From the IMG/VR virus record IMGVR_UViG_3300027801_002517, positions 64,001 to 128,000 of that record: a stretch of 64,000 nucleotides of DNA. One strand, 5' to 3'. Under the pieces are notes generated by a model that saw only the letters and a list, made by a program, of their open reading frames with translations, made no database searches and was not told where the DNA came from. The stretch comes from a virus. A program made the position numbers and the translations under genes. Shown here one piece after another: positions 1 to 10,123 of this stretch; the first letter of the stretch is position 1, and each line of letters starts with the position of its first letter.

Positions 1-275
1 TCAAGGGAAATAAGGTTATTAATAACACTCGTATTAAACATTCTTAAATCAACACCTCCAATTACTATTTTACCACCTATTCTTATCTTTTTTCTTAAAC
101 TTGATAGACAAACGGTAATATTCCTATATTCAAATTGATTGAGGATTTTACTTGCCAATATAAATTCACATTCATTATCTGACATATCAGCAAAATCAAT
201 CCCTTGATCTTTCACTAAAATTTTTCTATATCCTTCTAATGCCTCTTCAGATTCTGATACGATATTAATTTTCAT
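1..275 (-). CDS. Partial hypothetical protein, possibly a degenerate SAM-methyltransferase fold (runs off the window edge)
   Basis: ATG at 275 abuts the stop of the upstream GT; translates MKINIVSES...DNECEFILASKIL...LRKKIRIGGKIVIGGVD, resembling class I MTase motifs. Confidence 0.4.
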   Translation of the reverse strand, partial: MKINIVSESEEALEGYRKILVKDQGIDFADMSDNECEFILASKILNQFEYRNITVCLSSLRKKIRIGGKIVIGGVDLRMFNTSVINNLISL

Positions 276-1282
276 TATTTTATAACTCCATAAGCTACAT
301 CAAAAACTTCATTCCAGTTGTTAATAAACTTTTGTTCCGAGAAATTTGTTAGTATAGTACCACGAGCTTCAGCACCCATTTTATTTCTAAGCTCTTCATC
401 CTCTAACAATTGCTTACAATATCCTCTTAGTTCTTCTTCGTCGTTAGACATAAATCCATTGACACCATGTTCTATAATTTCTGGAATCATACATGTAGCC
501 GTTGTTACAATTGCACAACCACAAGACATAGCTTCTAACAACGCCGTTGGAACTGGACTGATAGTCGATGTGTTTAAGAATACCTGAGAGGTAGCATATT
601 CTTTAGCTAACTCTTTTACTGAAGGTGCAGGCTCACTCAAACCTTCTGTTTTACCAACAATTTTAGTTTGAAATGCTCGACCTTCATCGGTAATTCTGAC
701 ATAACCTTGCCAGTTACAACAATAATCTCTATTGATCCAATCATTAACAACACTCAGTACATGCGGTTGTTTTTTTTGTTCATCAGATTGGTTTGGGTGA
801 AACAAATCAGTATCAACTGAATGATGAATAACACGAGTACTTACTGCGTCCATATTCCATTTGTTAACAGAATAATCAGAAATGAAAACATTTATATCAC
901 CTTGTTGTTTTTTAAATGCTTCCAGTTGTTCATTGGGCCAACTCGGAATTGGTAGAGTGTGCTCTAAAGAAACTAACGGTAACTTGAATATTGAATTAAT
1001 ATTTTGAGATATACCAAATTGACCAAATTTGCTTTGAGAAATTATAAAATCATAATCAATTCCAGCTTGTATAGAATTTTGTGGCATTACATAGTGATTG
1101 TCCGGCATATCTCCATAAGATTTATCCCACTCTTTTCCACCATCATGTCTAAAGATGTAAAAGTTATGACCTGTCTTTGCCAGTTGGGTCTGATACCTTT
1201 CATGTGTATCAAACGTGATGATATTATATTTATCTTTCTTTTTGATGGACTTATTGATAAATTGTAATGTTTGATTACTCAC
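275..1282 (-). CDS. Glycosyltransferase, GT-B fold (GT4-like)
   Basis: VFLNTS...PTALLEAMSCGCAIV...EIIEHGVNGF motif. Confidence 0.85.
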   Translation of the reverse strand: MSNQTLQFINKSIKKKDKYNIITFDTHERYQTQLAKTGHNFYIFRHDGGKEWDKSYGDMPDNHYVMPQNSIQAGIDYDFIISQSKFGQFGISQNINSIFKLPLVSLEHTLPIPSWPNEQLEAFKKQQGDINVFISDYSVNKWNMDAVSTRVIHHSVDTDLFHPNQSDEQKKQPHVLSVVNDWINRDYCCNWQGYVRITDEGRAFQTKIVGKTEGLSEPAPSVKELAKEYATSQVFLNTSTISPVPTALLEAMSCGCAIVTTATCMIPEIIEHGVNGFMSNDEEELRGYCKQLLEDEELRNKMGAEARGTILTNFSEQKFINNWNEVFDVAYGVIK

Positions 1283-2405
1283 TTAACAGTCCTTTCATTT
1301 GCTGACCAATTTTCTCATAAGAGAACAGTTTAACTTGCTCTAACCCAGCGAGTTTCCACTTTCTTTTAGTTCCGATAGGATCTTCTTTATGTTCTTCGTA
1401 TTTACTTCTCATTGCTTGTCGTGTCTGCATTTCGCATGGTTGGAACCAGTACTCTCTGCCTGTAAATAAATCTGGGAATGCTGCATCAGAACATTTACAA
1501 ACAGAGTAAGATCCACCAACCAGTGTGCCAGAATCTTCATTTATAAATTCTTTAGGTCCACCATAATCACTACAGATAGGACTAGAGCCAAATCCCATAG
1601 CATCAAATGATGGCAATGACCATGCTTCCCCATGACTAGGACAAACAAAACAATCAGCATATTGGTGTAAGGCACAAATATGATCGTCGTCTATATTATC
1701 TGAAATAATGATGTTTGTATGGTACTGAGATGGATGGGCATACATTCTAAGGTCTTGTTGTACCTTGCCTATAATACCATCAATTACTTCTTTGCATTGA
1801 TCAGGATTGTGTCCAAACTTTTTAACCTTTAAAATTAATGATACAGGTTCTGATCTATCAAATTCACTATGAAAACAAGTGATAATTGATTCTAAATTTT
1901 TTCTGTCATTAATATCGCCAATATAATAAAACTTAAATGTGCTTTCTGGAATAGGCAAATTAAGCTCTTGATATTTTTTTGTATATCTGGATGCAGAACA
2001 TGGATGTGGTACTACATGTATATCGGTAGTTATTCCATCATTAATGAGAGATTTTTTCAAATCATTGTTAGGCACCCATAATTCGTCCATCTGTTTTAAT
2101 TGCTGTAGCCAACCGATATATTTTAGGCTTGTTGATTCTGAAACAAAATAGGCGATGCTCTTCTTAAAAGCTTTACCTCCAACTAAATGGTGAGGTAAAA
2201 CATGTTGAATACAAATATCACATCCACTACTATCCTTCTGTTCCAATTCAAGTAATCTGGGATGTATATTAGGATTGTCTTGAGTTAGCGTGACGTTGCG
2301 ACAAACAACATCGACTCCAGCATTATCCAGAGCCAATACATGCTCTTTCGCTGCAACTGACCATCCGCTGTTTTCTTTGTAGTGTGCAATATATAAAATT
2401 TTCAT
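1275..2405 (-). CDS. Glycosyltransferase, GT4-like
   Basis: RKN, ADCFVCPSHGEAWSLPSFDAMGFG motif. Confidence 0.85.
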   Translation of the reverse strand: MKILYIAHYKENSGWSVAAKEHVLALDNAGVDVVCRNVTLTQDNPNIHPRLLELEQKDSSGCDICIQHVLPHHLVGGKAFKKSIAYFVSESTSLKYIGWLQQLKQMDELWVPNNDLKKSLINDGITTDIHVVPHPCSASRYTKKYQELNLPIPESTFKFYYIGDINDRKNLESIITCFHSEFDRSEPVSLILKVKKFGHNPDQCKEVIDGIIGKVQQDLRMYAHPSQYHTNIIISDNIDDDHICALHQYADCFVCPSHGEAWSLPSFDAMGFGSSPICSDYGGPKEFINEDSGTLVGGSYSVCKCSDAAFPDLFTGREYWFQPCEMQTRQAMRSKYEEHKEDPIGTKRKWKLAGLEQVKLFSYEKIGQQMKGLLSE

Positions 2406-4102
2406 TCTTTTATAATACCTCTCTGTTTCATTGCGTCAAATCTCCTGTGTTCCCATTGATTTCTTCTATTGCATTGTCCTTTCATTTGGTCATATGCTAT
2501 ATTGAAATCAAATGATTCTCTAGCACCTGTTCCAGCAAATGCTTGTGAAGATTCATTGAAGTACATACCACCAGTAGAGGCAGTTGAAGATTTATACATC
2601 AAATCTCTTGTTAATCTGGCTTCAAAGAAAGTATTAAGTTTTGATGGATCACCTAAGACCTCAACAATTAACCATCGAGCAAGTTCTGCGTGGGGGATTT
2701 GCGGGACTTGTTCTGGTTTTGGTTTGGACTCATGTATTTTTGGTTGTGATGCCCATGTAGCTTCAATTGGTAGTAATTCAACACTATCAAAATACGCTTC
2801 CCATTTAGCTCCGCTTAGATGCCACTGATAATGTTTTTCAAAATTTTCTCTGATTTTAGTGCCTATGGCAACTCTTTCTTCTTCACTTTTCTCAAAGAAT
2901 TCTTCAAACATTTGTGCTGCCAAATCATTATCTGGAACTGCTCTTAAGCAACCAGTTTCCAATTCCTTATAAAGAGCGGCTGGCTTAATAGGAAAGCCTT
3001 CCAGCTTACGTAGTACCGACTCCATAGCAGAATAATCTGTACCCATAACGGGAACACCACAAGCAGCAGCTTCGACTTGTGGTAAACCAAATCCTTCACA
3101 ATTTGCATACTGCACATAAAGATCAAAATAATTCATAATCTGTGATAGATCTTCATACGAAGCACCATTTTTCACGTTAGATAATGTTGCTCCCCATTTT
3201 TTAGTATACGGAGATTGGGCGATGGCACCTTTAAAAACAGATGGGAATGGCTTCTTCGTGTCAGGGCATATGTACGTAAATAGTACATGAGAAGCCAATT
3301 CATACTGCTGAAGCAATTCTGGAATATCCCATCCTAAATCTGGATAGGAAGTATGACAATACAAATAGCATGGGTCTGTATATCCTTTGGCTACTTGTAA
3401 ATCTAAAAACTTCCTAAACGCAGCAAAAAGGTCCGGGTATAATTTCCTCCGTTGATTTCGCATCACTGTGCCGATAATCTTAGAACTAACGTCTAGACCA
3501 TTATCTAGTCTAAGTTGACGTTTGTCCTCAAAGGGCTTATAAGCCGGGTGTGCGGATGGAGGAGCACTGCCAAGATAATTAATCTTTCCTCCGGACTGAT
3601 CTTTTAAGATACCACCTGCCCAATCCGAATACGTAAAACATGCATCTGCATTTTCATAACTAGCAATCCATTGTCTAGCCTGGGGTCTTGCGTCTACTGT
3701 AGGCATAATAGCCCACTTAAAATAATCCCTGAAAGGAGACCTTTCAGCAAAATCTAACATCCAAAAATCTCGAATGTCACAAACAACATCTGGCAAAAAA
3801 TCTAAACACACATGTTCAAATATCCATTCACCAAATTGATTGACTCCATTAGAATTATATGCATCTATTTCTTCTTGAGCCGCTTTTGGTTCTGATTGTT
3901 GGTTTGGCATAACGCCATAATATTGCCAAGGTATATTTGCAGAACGGGGATCATTACGCTCACCGTAAGCAGCCATCTCTGCAATCTCATACTTGCCTGT
4001 GCCATGCAAATAATTCAATATTTCTCTTGTATATGTAGCATAACCAGTATTTAAAAATGTAGCTTCACTACAAAACAAAATTCTTTTTTTTCTCATATTC
4101 AA
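2402..4102 (-). CDS. Glycosyltransferase, GT4-like
   Basis: TGYA N-terminal loop, RNQRRK, EGFGLPQVEAAACGVPV motif. Confidence 0.85.
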   Translation of the reverse strand: MNMRKKRILFCSEATFLNTGYATYTREILNYLHGTGKYEIAEMAAYGERNDPRSANIPWQYYGVMPNQQSEPKAAQEEIDAYNSNGVNQFGEWIFEHVCLDFLPDVVCDIRDFWMLDFAERSPFRDYFKWAIMPTVDARPQARQWIASYENADACFTYSDWAGGILKDQSGGKINYLGSAPPSAHPAYKPFEDKRQLRLDNGLDVSSKIIGTVMRNQRRKLYPDLFAAFRKFLDLQVAKGYTDPCYLYCHTSYPDLGWDIPELLQQYELASHVLFTYICPDTKKPFPSVFKGAIAQSPYTKKWGATLSNVKNGASYEDLSQIMNYFDLYVQYANCEGFGLPQVEAAACGVPVMGTDYSAMESVLRKLEGFPIKPAALYKELETGCLRAVPDNDLAAQMFEEFFEKSEEERVAIGTKIRENFEKHYQWHLSGAKWEAYFDSVELLPIEATWASQPKIHESKPKPEQVPQIPHAELARWLIVEVLGDPSKLNTFFEARLTRDLMYKSSTASTGGMYFNESSQAFAGTGARESFDFNIAYDQMKGQCNRRNQWEHRRFDAMKQRGIIKE

Positions 4103-4410
4103 TCCTGATCAAGACATGCAAAGTCAAATTCATTAATCCTAAATACTATAAAATCATCGTCTCCTGAAACATGTCTAGCAGAGCAATTGACAGTAATTTT
4201 TGTGTCTTTTTTGCCGAGTTTAGCAATTGTTTCGGCACCAGTGTGCCATGCTTCGCAATCAAGATAAACAGGAGTCCTATTCTTTTCCCCGGTACTCTTA
4301 CTTCTTCTGTAGTTATATACCACGATTCTCAGATCTAAAAAGCTAATACCATCAACGCTTCCTAATACTGGATCATCAGTGATATATCCAGTAAATGTAC
4401 ATATATTCAT
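4099..4410 (-). CDS. Single-stranded DNA-binding protein-like (short OB fold)
   Basis: MNICTFTGYITDDP...YLDCEAWHTGAETIAK pattern of SSB. Confidence 0.65.
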   Translation of the reverse strand: MNICTFTGYITDDPVLGSVDGISFLDLRIVVYNYRRSKSTGEKNRTPVYLDCEAWHTGAETIAKLGKKDTKITVNCSARHVSGDDDFIVFRINEFDFACLDQD

Positions 4411-4456
4411 ATCTCCCCCTTTAGTCTATTATAGATTTCAAATCCTGAATTAGCAA

Positions 4457-6028
4457 TTAAATTTCATGAATTTTATCGATAATAAAGGAATTATCTTTGT
4501 TATCTATTTTTCCGTGAAACAGAAGGTTATTTCCCTCATAAAGTATAAACTGGTATTTGTCTCTTGCTTCTGGAAATACAATGACATTATCCATTAAGCA
4601 AGACTCATCTTCTATACTAAGGAAACACATTGTTTTACCTTCTGATTTACCCTTTTTGATTGTATGATTATTCAGCCTATTGATATTTGCCGCAATAGAA
4701 ATATCTTTACCAGTTTTCCCGTTGAGAATATCTTTACAACTTGTATTACCCAAGGATGTATCAGACGACTCTACTTTAGATAGTGATATCGGACATCCCA
4801 AAAACTTAATCTCTTGCTCAATGATCCAACTTGGATCATCCGCTAAATCATATGGAGGATTTATAAGAAGTTCAATTTCACCCTCAACGATTTGGCTTCT
4901 ATTCATATTATGGCATCCACCACCATTCTTTTTTGTCGGATGTAACTCCTTAAAGCACTGACTTAAAGTCTTCCAGTGTTTCCGCTCATAATTTGTAGTT
5001 ACCCACTTCATTTCTGACTTAGTTAATTCTTTATAGATCAGATACTCATACAATGCCCTGTTTCTTGATACTCCAGTGGATTTCATAGAGAAAAACCCAA
5101 TAGAACATAAAGATTTAAATGCAGTAGAATTTATTTTACCAGCTATATAAATAAGGACATCCATCCAAGTGAATTGTTTTACAGATTTTCCACTTTCTTC
5201 TTCAGCTTGCTTTATACATTCAATAACTTTATCACCTGTAACACCTGTTAGAGACTTGATATCTTTAATTCCAAAGTAAATATATTTTCCATCTATATTA
5301 AACTTTGAGCTAAACTTTGATAAGTTTGGCAACTTGATTTCAATATTGAACAACTTAGCTTCTGAAATTAATTCATACACTTCTTCATGAGGATCTTGTT
5401 TTTCCGAAGCATAAAACAGATATGACAGGAAAAATTCTTTAGTATAATTTGCTTTATACCAAGCACTCTCATAAGCATTGATAGCATATGATACAGCATG
5501 AGATTTATTAAATGAATATCGTGCGGACTTTTCAATCCATCCAAATATCTCCTTAGCAGATTCTTCACTGACCATACCTACTTCTTTACAACCATCCATA
5601 AACTTGACACGAACCTTTGCCATCAAGTCTGCCTTCTTCTTACCGATAGCCTTACGTAAGTCGTCAGCTTCTTGTAGATTGAACCCAGCGAGCTTTTGGG
5701 CTATTCTCATCGCTTGTTCTTGATACACCAGAACACCATGAGTAGAACCAAGAATACTTTCTAATGCATCATCAATATACGATACTTTATCCTTACCCTT
5801 CTTGCGATCAACATAGTGCTGAGTCATGGATTTGCCCTCAGACATAGCCTTAAGGGTTCCGGGACGAATGATACTAATCAATGCTGCTAACTCTTCAATA
5901 TTAGTTGGCTCAAGACGCTTAGACCATGATCGTCCCAGTTGACTTTCTAACTGGAAGATACCCTTAGTATATCCATCTTTAAATAGATTCCAAGTTTTTT
6001 CATCTTTGTAATCGACTTCAATTGACAT
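4457..6028 (-). CDS. dnaE: DNA polymerase III alpha, C-terminal half (fingers/HhH/OB)
   Basis: GIFQLES, IIRPG, GVLVYQEQ, LRKAIGKKK, YSFNKSHAVSY motifs; likely start is ATG 6028 (MSIEVDY), overlapping the upstream stop. Confidence 0.9.
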   Translation of the reverse strand: MSIEVDYKDEKTWNLFKDGYTKGIFQLESQLGRSWSKRLEPTNIEELAALISIIRPGTLKAMSEGKSMTQHYVDRKKGKDKVSYIDDALESILGSTHGVLVYQEQAMRIAQKLAGFNLQEADDLRKAIGKKKADLMAKVRVKFMDGCKEVGMVSEESAKEIFGWIEKSARYSFNKSHAVSYAINAYESAWYKANYTKEFFLSYLFYASEKQDPHEEVYELISEAKLFNIEIKLPNLSKFSSKFNIDGKYIYFGIKDIKSLTGVTGDKVIECIKQAEEESGKSVKQFTWMDVLIYIAGKINSTAFKSLCSIGFFSMKSTGVSRNRALYEYLIYKELTKSEMKWVTTNYERKHWKTLSQCFKELHPTKKNGGGCHNMNRSQIVEGEIELLINPPYDLADDPSWIIEQEIKFLGCPISLSKVESSDTSLGNTSCKDILNGKTGKDISIAANINRLNNHTIKKGKSEGKTMCFLSIEDESCLMDNVIVFPEARDKYQFILYEGNNLLFHGKIDNKDNSFIIDKIHEI

Positions 6029-6698
6029 ACAGGTCTCCATCGGCAAATGCTTGCTCAATCTTTAAATTACGATAAACAGCACGGTGAGTTTTCATAAACT
6101 TAATCATAATGTTAGCAGTATCTTTAACGTCTTGTAAGGCATCGTGAGAATTTTCTGAAGATAGTCCCATTCTTTCTCTCATCGCATCCATACTAATAGA
6201 CTTAATACTAGGGTCACCTTCAGTCCACATCCACACATTATCCATTACATCAATTTTATATACCATACTAAACAGTTTTTGTTGTTCTCTTTTATCATCC
6301 CAAGGTCCGAACTCCTTACACAATCTATTAATAATGTGCATATCGTAACCGATAATATTAAATCCTGCTGGAATGGGTGCAAAGAATGGAGTACCCTTCC
6401 AGTTATACTTATCAACAAAGGCACAAAACTTTTTCCAAACAGTTTTCAGTTGTGGTGCTTTAGCAATTCCTTCTCGCGTCTTGCCGGTAACTTTTAGGGC
6501 ACCTTCTTCAATTGGTCCAAGACCTGCGGCAATAGCCTTGTCGTCATCCACAACTGCACGTATTTCACTATTGAATGTTCCTTTCAACTTCAGATTACGA
6601 CCATCAAGTGCGATGGCAGCGAGTTGTGTTGGCTGACAAGTATGTGGATTACGTCCACCTGTTTCAAAGTCATAGACGATGATATCGCGATTAGCCAT
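6018..6698 (-). CDS. DEDDh 3'-5' exonuclease (DnaQ/epsilon-like proofreading subunit)
   Basis: YDFETGG (ExoI), GFNIIGYD (ExoII), SHDALQDV (ExoIII). Confidence 0.85.
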   Translation of the reverse strand: MANRDIIVYDFETGGRNPHTCQPTQLAAIALDGRNLKLKGTFNSEIRAVVDDDKAIAAGLGPIEEGALKVTGKTREGIAKAPQLKTVWKKFCAFVDKYNWKGTPFFAPIPAGFNIIGYDMHIINRLCKEFGPWDDKREQQKLFSMVYKIDVMDNVWMWTEGDPSIKSISMDAMRERMGLSSENSHDALQDVKDTANIMIKFMKTHRAVYRNLKIEQAFADGDLYVN

Positions 6699-8328
6699 TA
6701 ATTAATTCCTTAATTTTCATAAGTTTGTCTAGTAGGTTAATACCAAGAACATCAAATTTAACATGTCCCAATGCTTCAAGATCAGCCATTTCAAGACCAG
6801 CAATCTTTTCATCGCTACTCTTTTGATTCACCATCGGACATACACGGTTTAACTCTTCTTTAGATATTACAACGCCTGCTGCATGTTTACCTTGAGTTTT
6901 AAACGTACCTTCCATATCGATAGCTTGCTTAAAGTACTCAGCATAATCACCTTGTAATTCTCCAACATCATTAATAAAACAATAATCTCTTAATTCATTA
7001 GAGTTATTAATCAGTGCCCATTTAATAATAGATCTATCCTCATCATTCATCGCTGCTAATTGATCTGAAATATCTGCTTCATTTGGAATACTTTTAGTCA
7101 TTTCATTCATTAAACCAAAACCACAAACACCACTAACCCTCAAAACTTCTTTTAGTGCAGATCGACCTTGTAATCTACCAAATGTTAACATTTGACTAAC
7201 ATTACCATGACCGTAAGTGTCTTTTAGATAATTAATAATGTCATCCCTTTTATTTCCGGGAACATCCATATCAATATCTGGTAAAGAAATGTGATCACCA
7301 GTATTTCTACCGCTATTGTAGAATCTTTCGAACAGCAAATCAAACTCAATTGGGTCAATTTTTGTGATACCAATCATATATGATATTAAGCATCCAGCCG
7401 CAGAGCCTCGACCCGGACCTGAGATCCAACCATTACTCTCTACAAAATGTACAATATCTCTAACGATTAAAAAATAACCAAATAATTTTGCTTCTTCAAT
7501 AACACCAAATTCATGTAGGAACCTATGATAATACTTGTCCTTATCTTGCTGATCACTAACTTTACCTTCTTTTGCAAGAATGTTTCTCCAGCCATCGCGA
7601 CATAGTTCTTTCAGATATTCTTCCTCAGACTCACCACCTGGAGTTGGGAATATAGGCAGCATTGGTTTATTAAGTATATCGTATTCTTCACACTGATCAG
7701 AAATTTTATGCAGTACATTCGCATTTTCAATATCGTTTATAAGAATTTCAGAAAGTTCTTTACTGTTACGTAGATAAAAATCATCACATTCAAAAAACTC
7801 TTGATCATCGAATAATTTATCAGACCTTAACATCTCCCTAATTTTAGGCATAGTAGTTTTCATACCTGAACACAAAATAATTCTATGTAATGCAGCATGT
7901 TGTTTATCGGTGTAATATGTTGATCGCAAACATTCTGACACCATATAAAAATCATCACCCTTAATAGGTGAATTTGCTAAATTATTCGAAGTACAAATAA
8001 GGTTACCGGCTCGACATGCATCTTGAAGAATTCTTCCATCTGGATTACCATCCTCATTGATCGAAGAAACAATCTTAATAAGATCAAACCAACCATCTTT
8101 GTTTTTAGCAAATAATTCATAATTATCAAACGCACATCCAATTATAGGTTTTACATCATACTTGTGACAAGCCTGAAAGAAGGTGACTGCACCAGATATA
8201 GATTTGTAATCACAAATACCACAGGCTTTGTAGCCATTTTCGGAACATTTTTTAACTAACTCATCTGGTTTAGAAAATCCTTTTAGTAGTGAGTAATGAG
8301 TAAAATTTCTAAGCGGGAACCAATTCAT
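6691..8328 (-). CDS. dnaE: DNA polymerase III alpha, N-terminal half (PHP + palm)
   Basis: THYSLLKG, GPGRGSAAG, FERF, LPDIDMD, GKHAAGVVI, KFDVLG motifs. Confidence 0.9.
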   Translation of the reverse strand: MNWFPLRNFTHYSLLKGFSKPDELVKKCSENGYKACGICDYKSISGAVTFFQACHKYDVKPIIGCAFDNYELFAKNKDGWFDLIKIVSSINEDGNPDGRILQDACRAGNLICTSNNLANSPIKGDDFYMVSECLRSTYYTDKQHAALHRIILCSGMKTTMPKIREMLRSDKLFDDQEFFECDDFYLRNSKELSEILINDIENANVLHKISDQCEEYDILNKPMLPIFPTPGGESEEEYLKELCRDGWRNILAKEGKVSDQQDKDKYYHRFLHEFGVIEEAKLFGYFLIVRDIVHFVESNGWISGPGRGSAAGCLISYMIGITKIDPIEFDLLFERFYNSGRNTGDHISLPDIDMDVPGNKRDDIINYLKDTYGHGNVSQMLTFGRLQGRSALKEVLRVSGVCGFGLMNEMTKSIPNEADISDQLAAMNDEDRSIIKWALINNSNELRDYCFINDVGELQGDYAEYFKQAIDMEGTFKTQGKHAAGVVISKEELNRVCPMVNQKSSDEKIAGLEMADLEALGHVKFDVLGINLLDKLMKIKELING

Positions 8329-8339
8329 TTCCTATTTCC

Positions 8340-9380
8340 TTAACCGGGAGCTTCGTAATAGCCAATTGAAAAACCTTTTCGAGTACAATCCTTAACAGTC
8401 TTATCCATTCCATGTGTTTTTAGATTATCATGCACATATTCACACATACTCTTGTCTGAGCCTTCCCATTTATTTTTACAGAAATGGCATAGGCTTTTAC
8501 ACTTGAAACTTTTTCTATTTACATCTAATAACTTGGGATTTTGATTATTCTTAATCTCTTCAAATCTGTCTTTCAGCATACCCAAAAATCTTGTTTCATC
8601 TGATTTATCAAATGCTAAACTAAATGGATATGGATCAATCTTACCGTCTTTATCCTTACAGAAAAAGATACTCATAATTCTATTTGGAAACTCTGGATAT
8701 AATTTAGAGATAGCATAGAAGTATAAAAGCAACTGAGGATCATTTTGCATCTTCTTATAGTCTTTGACTTCCATAGTAGCCCAGTCAAGCCTGCGACCAG
8801 TCTTCCAGTCAATCACTTCTATTGTATCATCATTAACTTTAGTTACAAGGTCAATGGTGCCTTTAATTGCCAATTGCCCCTCAACTATTGTGCCATCTGC
8901 TGCTTTGAATGAAGTTTTCGCCCAGTCTTCTTCAATTGGAATGTCGAAGTGGGGTTCTGGATGGTGAATGTTTCTATTCCTTGGATCAAACTGACCATTA
9001 TTATGATTCAGCATAAGCCATGCTATTTTAGATATTTCTTTTCTATCGGCAGGTCGCCAAGGATGAACTGAATCTTTTTTGTATGCTTCAAGACTAAGAT
9101 CACAAAGTTCTTCTATCGTTTCATCTAAATAGAGTTTATCTTCATGAACCTTGATTTTGCCTGCGGCATCATCATCAACTAATAGATATTTCTTTTTTGG
9201 ATTATCTTGCTGAAACTTTTTTAGTCCAGCGAGAATCTCCATGACTTTATGTACCATAGTACCAAGTTCCGCCTTCTTACCAGAAGTTGACTGATGACCA
9301 AGCACGTATGTCATAAAATACTGCATCTCACAGTAACGCCAGTTATTATAGCTGGAACTTCTGAAATAACTTATTAACAT
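8340..9380 (-). CDS. PD-(D/E)XK exonuclease, Cas4/RecB/AddB-like, probable Fe-S cluster
   Basis: N-terminal Cys (RYCEM), GTMVH, GTIDLV, VIDWKTG, QLLLY, C-terminal CxxxCxxC...C. Confidence 0.75.
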   Translation of the reverse strand: MLISYFRSSSYNNWRYCEMQYFMTYVLGHQSTSGKKAELGTMVHKVMEILAGLKKFQQDNPKKKYLLVDDDAAGKIKVHEDKLYLDETIEELCDLSLEAYKKDSVHPWRPADRKEISKIAWLMLNHNNGQFDPRNRNIHHPEPHFDIPIEEDWAKTSFKAADGTIVEGQLAIKGTIDLVTKVNDDTIEVIDWKTGRRLDWATMEVKDYKKMQNDPQLLLYFYAISKLYPEFPNRIMSIFFCKDKDGKIDPYPFSLAFDKSDETRFLGMLKDRFEEIKNNQNPKLLDVNRKSFKCKSLCHFCKNKWEGSDKSMCEYVHDNLKTHGMDKTVKDCTRKGFSIGYYEAPG

Positions 9381-10123
9381 AGATTATCCTTATATAGGTC
9401 TTCGATAACGCTCTGTAATCTTTCAATTGTTCTGCCTTCACCCTGATTGTCTACAACATAGCTAAAATTCTTTTGATTATAATTTTTTGCATCTAACTGA
9501 GTTTCACTAGCATGTTCATCTTCAAACAAATCTCTATTTAACTTTATAACAATTCCACCAGCATCTTTAATAATATCAACCTCATTTGGAAATCTAACGT
9601 CAGCAACAATTGCTAATTGAGATTGTTCTGCAGCAATTCTATTAACTGTATTCTGACACCAAATTGGCTCCCACATTTTCCTCATAATGTCAGTACCAAA
9701 ATACTGCATAAATTCACGAGCTGTCATACTATCAACAAGTTTACTACTCCTCCATGTAGGCATATTGCACCATTTTAAATGGTCAATCTTTTCATTCTTT
9801 TGTTCATTTGTTCCGTATACATTTTCAAATGGAATATTAAACAAATCAATACATATCGTTTTCAAAGCGTCGGCAAAACTATACAGCTTAACGTATGGAT
9901 ACATAGCTCTTTCTGCGTAACTAATAAACTCATTGTCTTTTCTAGTGATATCAAACTCAGACCATTCTACAATTTCATCTGTTTTAATCAACAATTTACC
10001 ATCTGAAGAAATAGTATACTCAGATATCATTCCTTGTTCTTTTAACACAATACCATGTAAAATATTGGCAACAGTATTTTTTCCTGACTGTTTTTTACCT
10101 GCTATTCCTACAATCTTCATCAA
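9374..10123 (-). CDS. Deoxynucleoside monophosphate kinase
   Basis: GKKQSGKNT P-loop, SFADALK, REFMQYFGTD, DVRFPNE, HASE motifs. Confidence 0.85.
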   Translation of the reverse strand: MMKIVGIAGKKQSGKNTVANILHGIVLKEQGMISEYTISSDGKLLIKTDEIVEWSEFDITRKDNEFISYAERAMYPYVKLYSFADALKTICIDLFNIPFENVYGTNEQKNEKIDHLKWCNMPTWRSSKLVDSMTAREFMQYFGTDIMRKMWEPIWCQNTVNRIAAEQSQLAIVADVRFPNEVDIIKDAGGIVIKLNRDLFEDEHASETQLDAKNYNQKNFSYVVDNQGEGRTIERLQSVIEDLYKDNLC

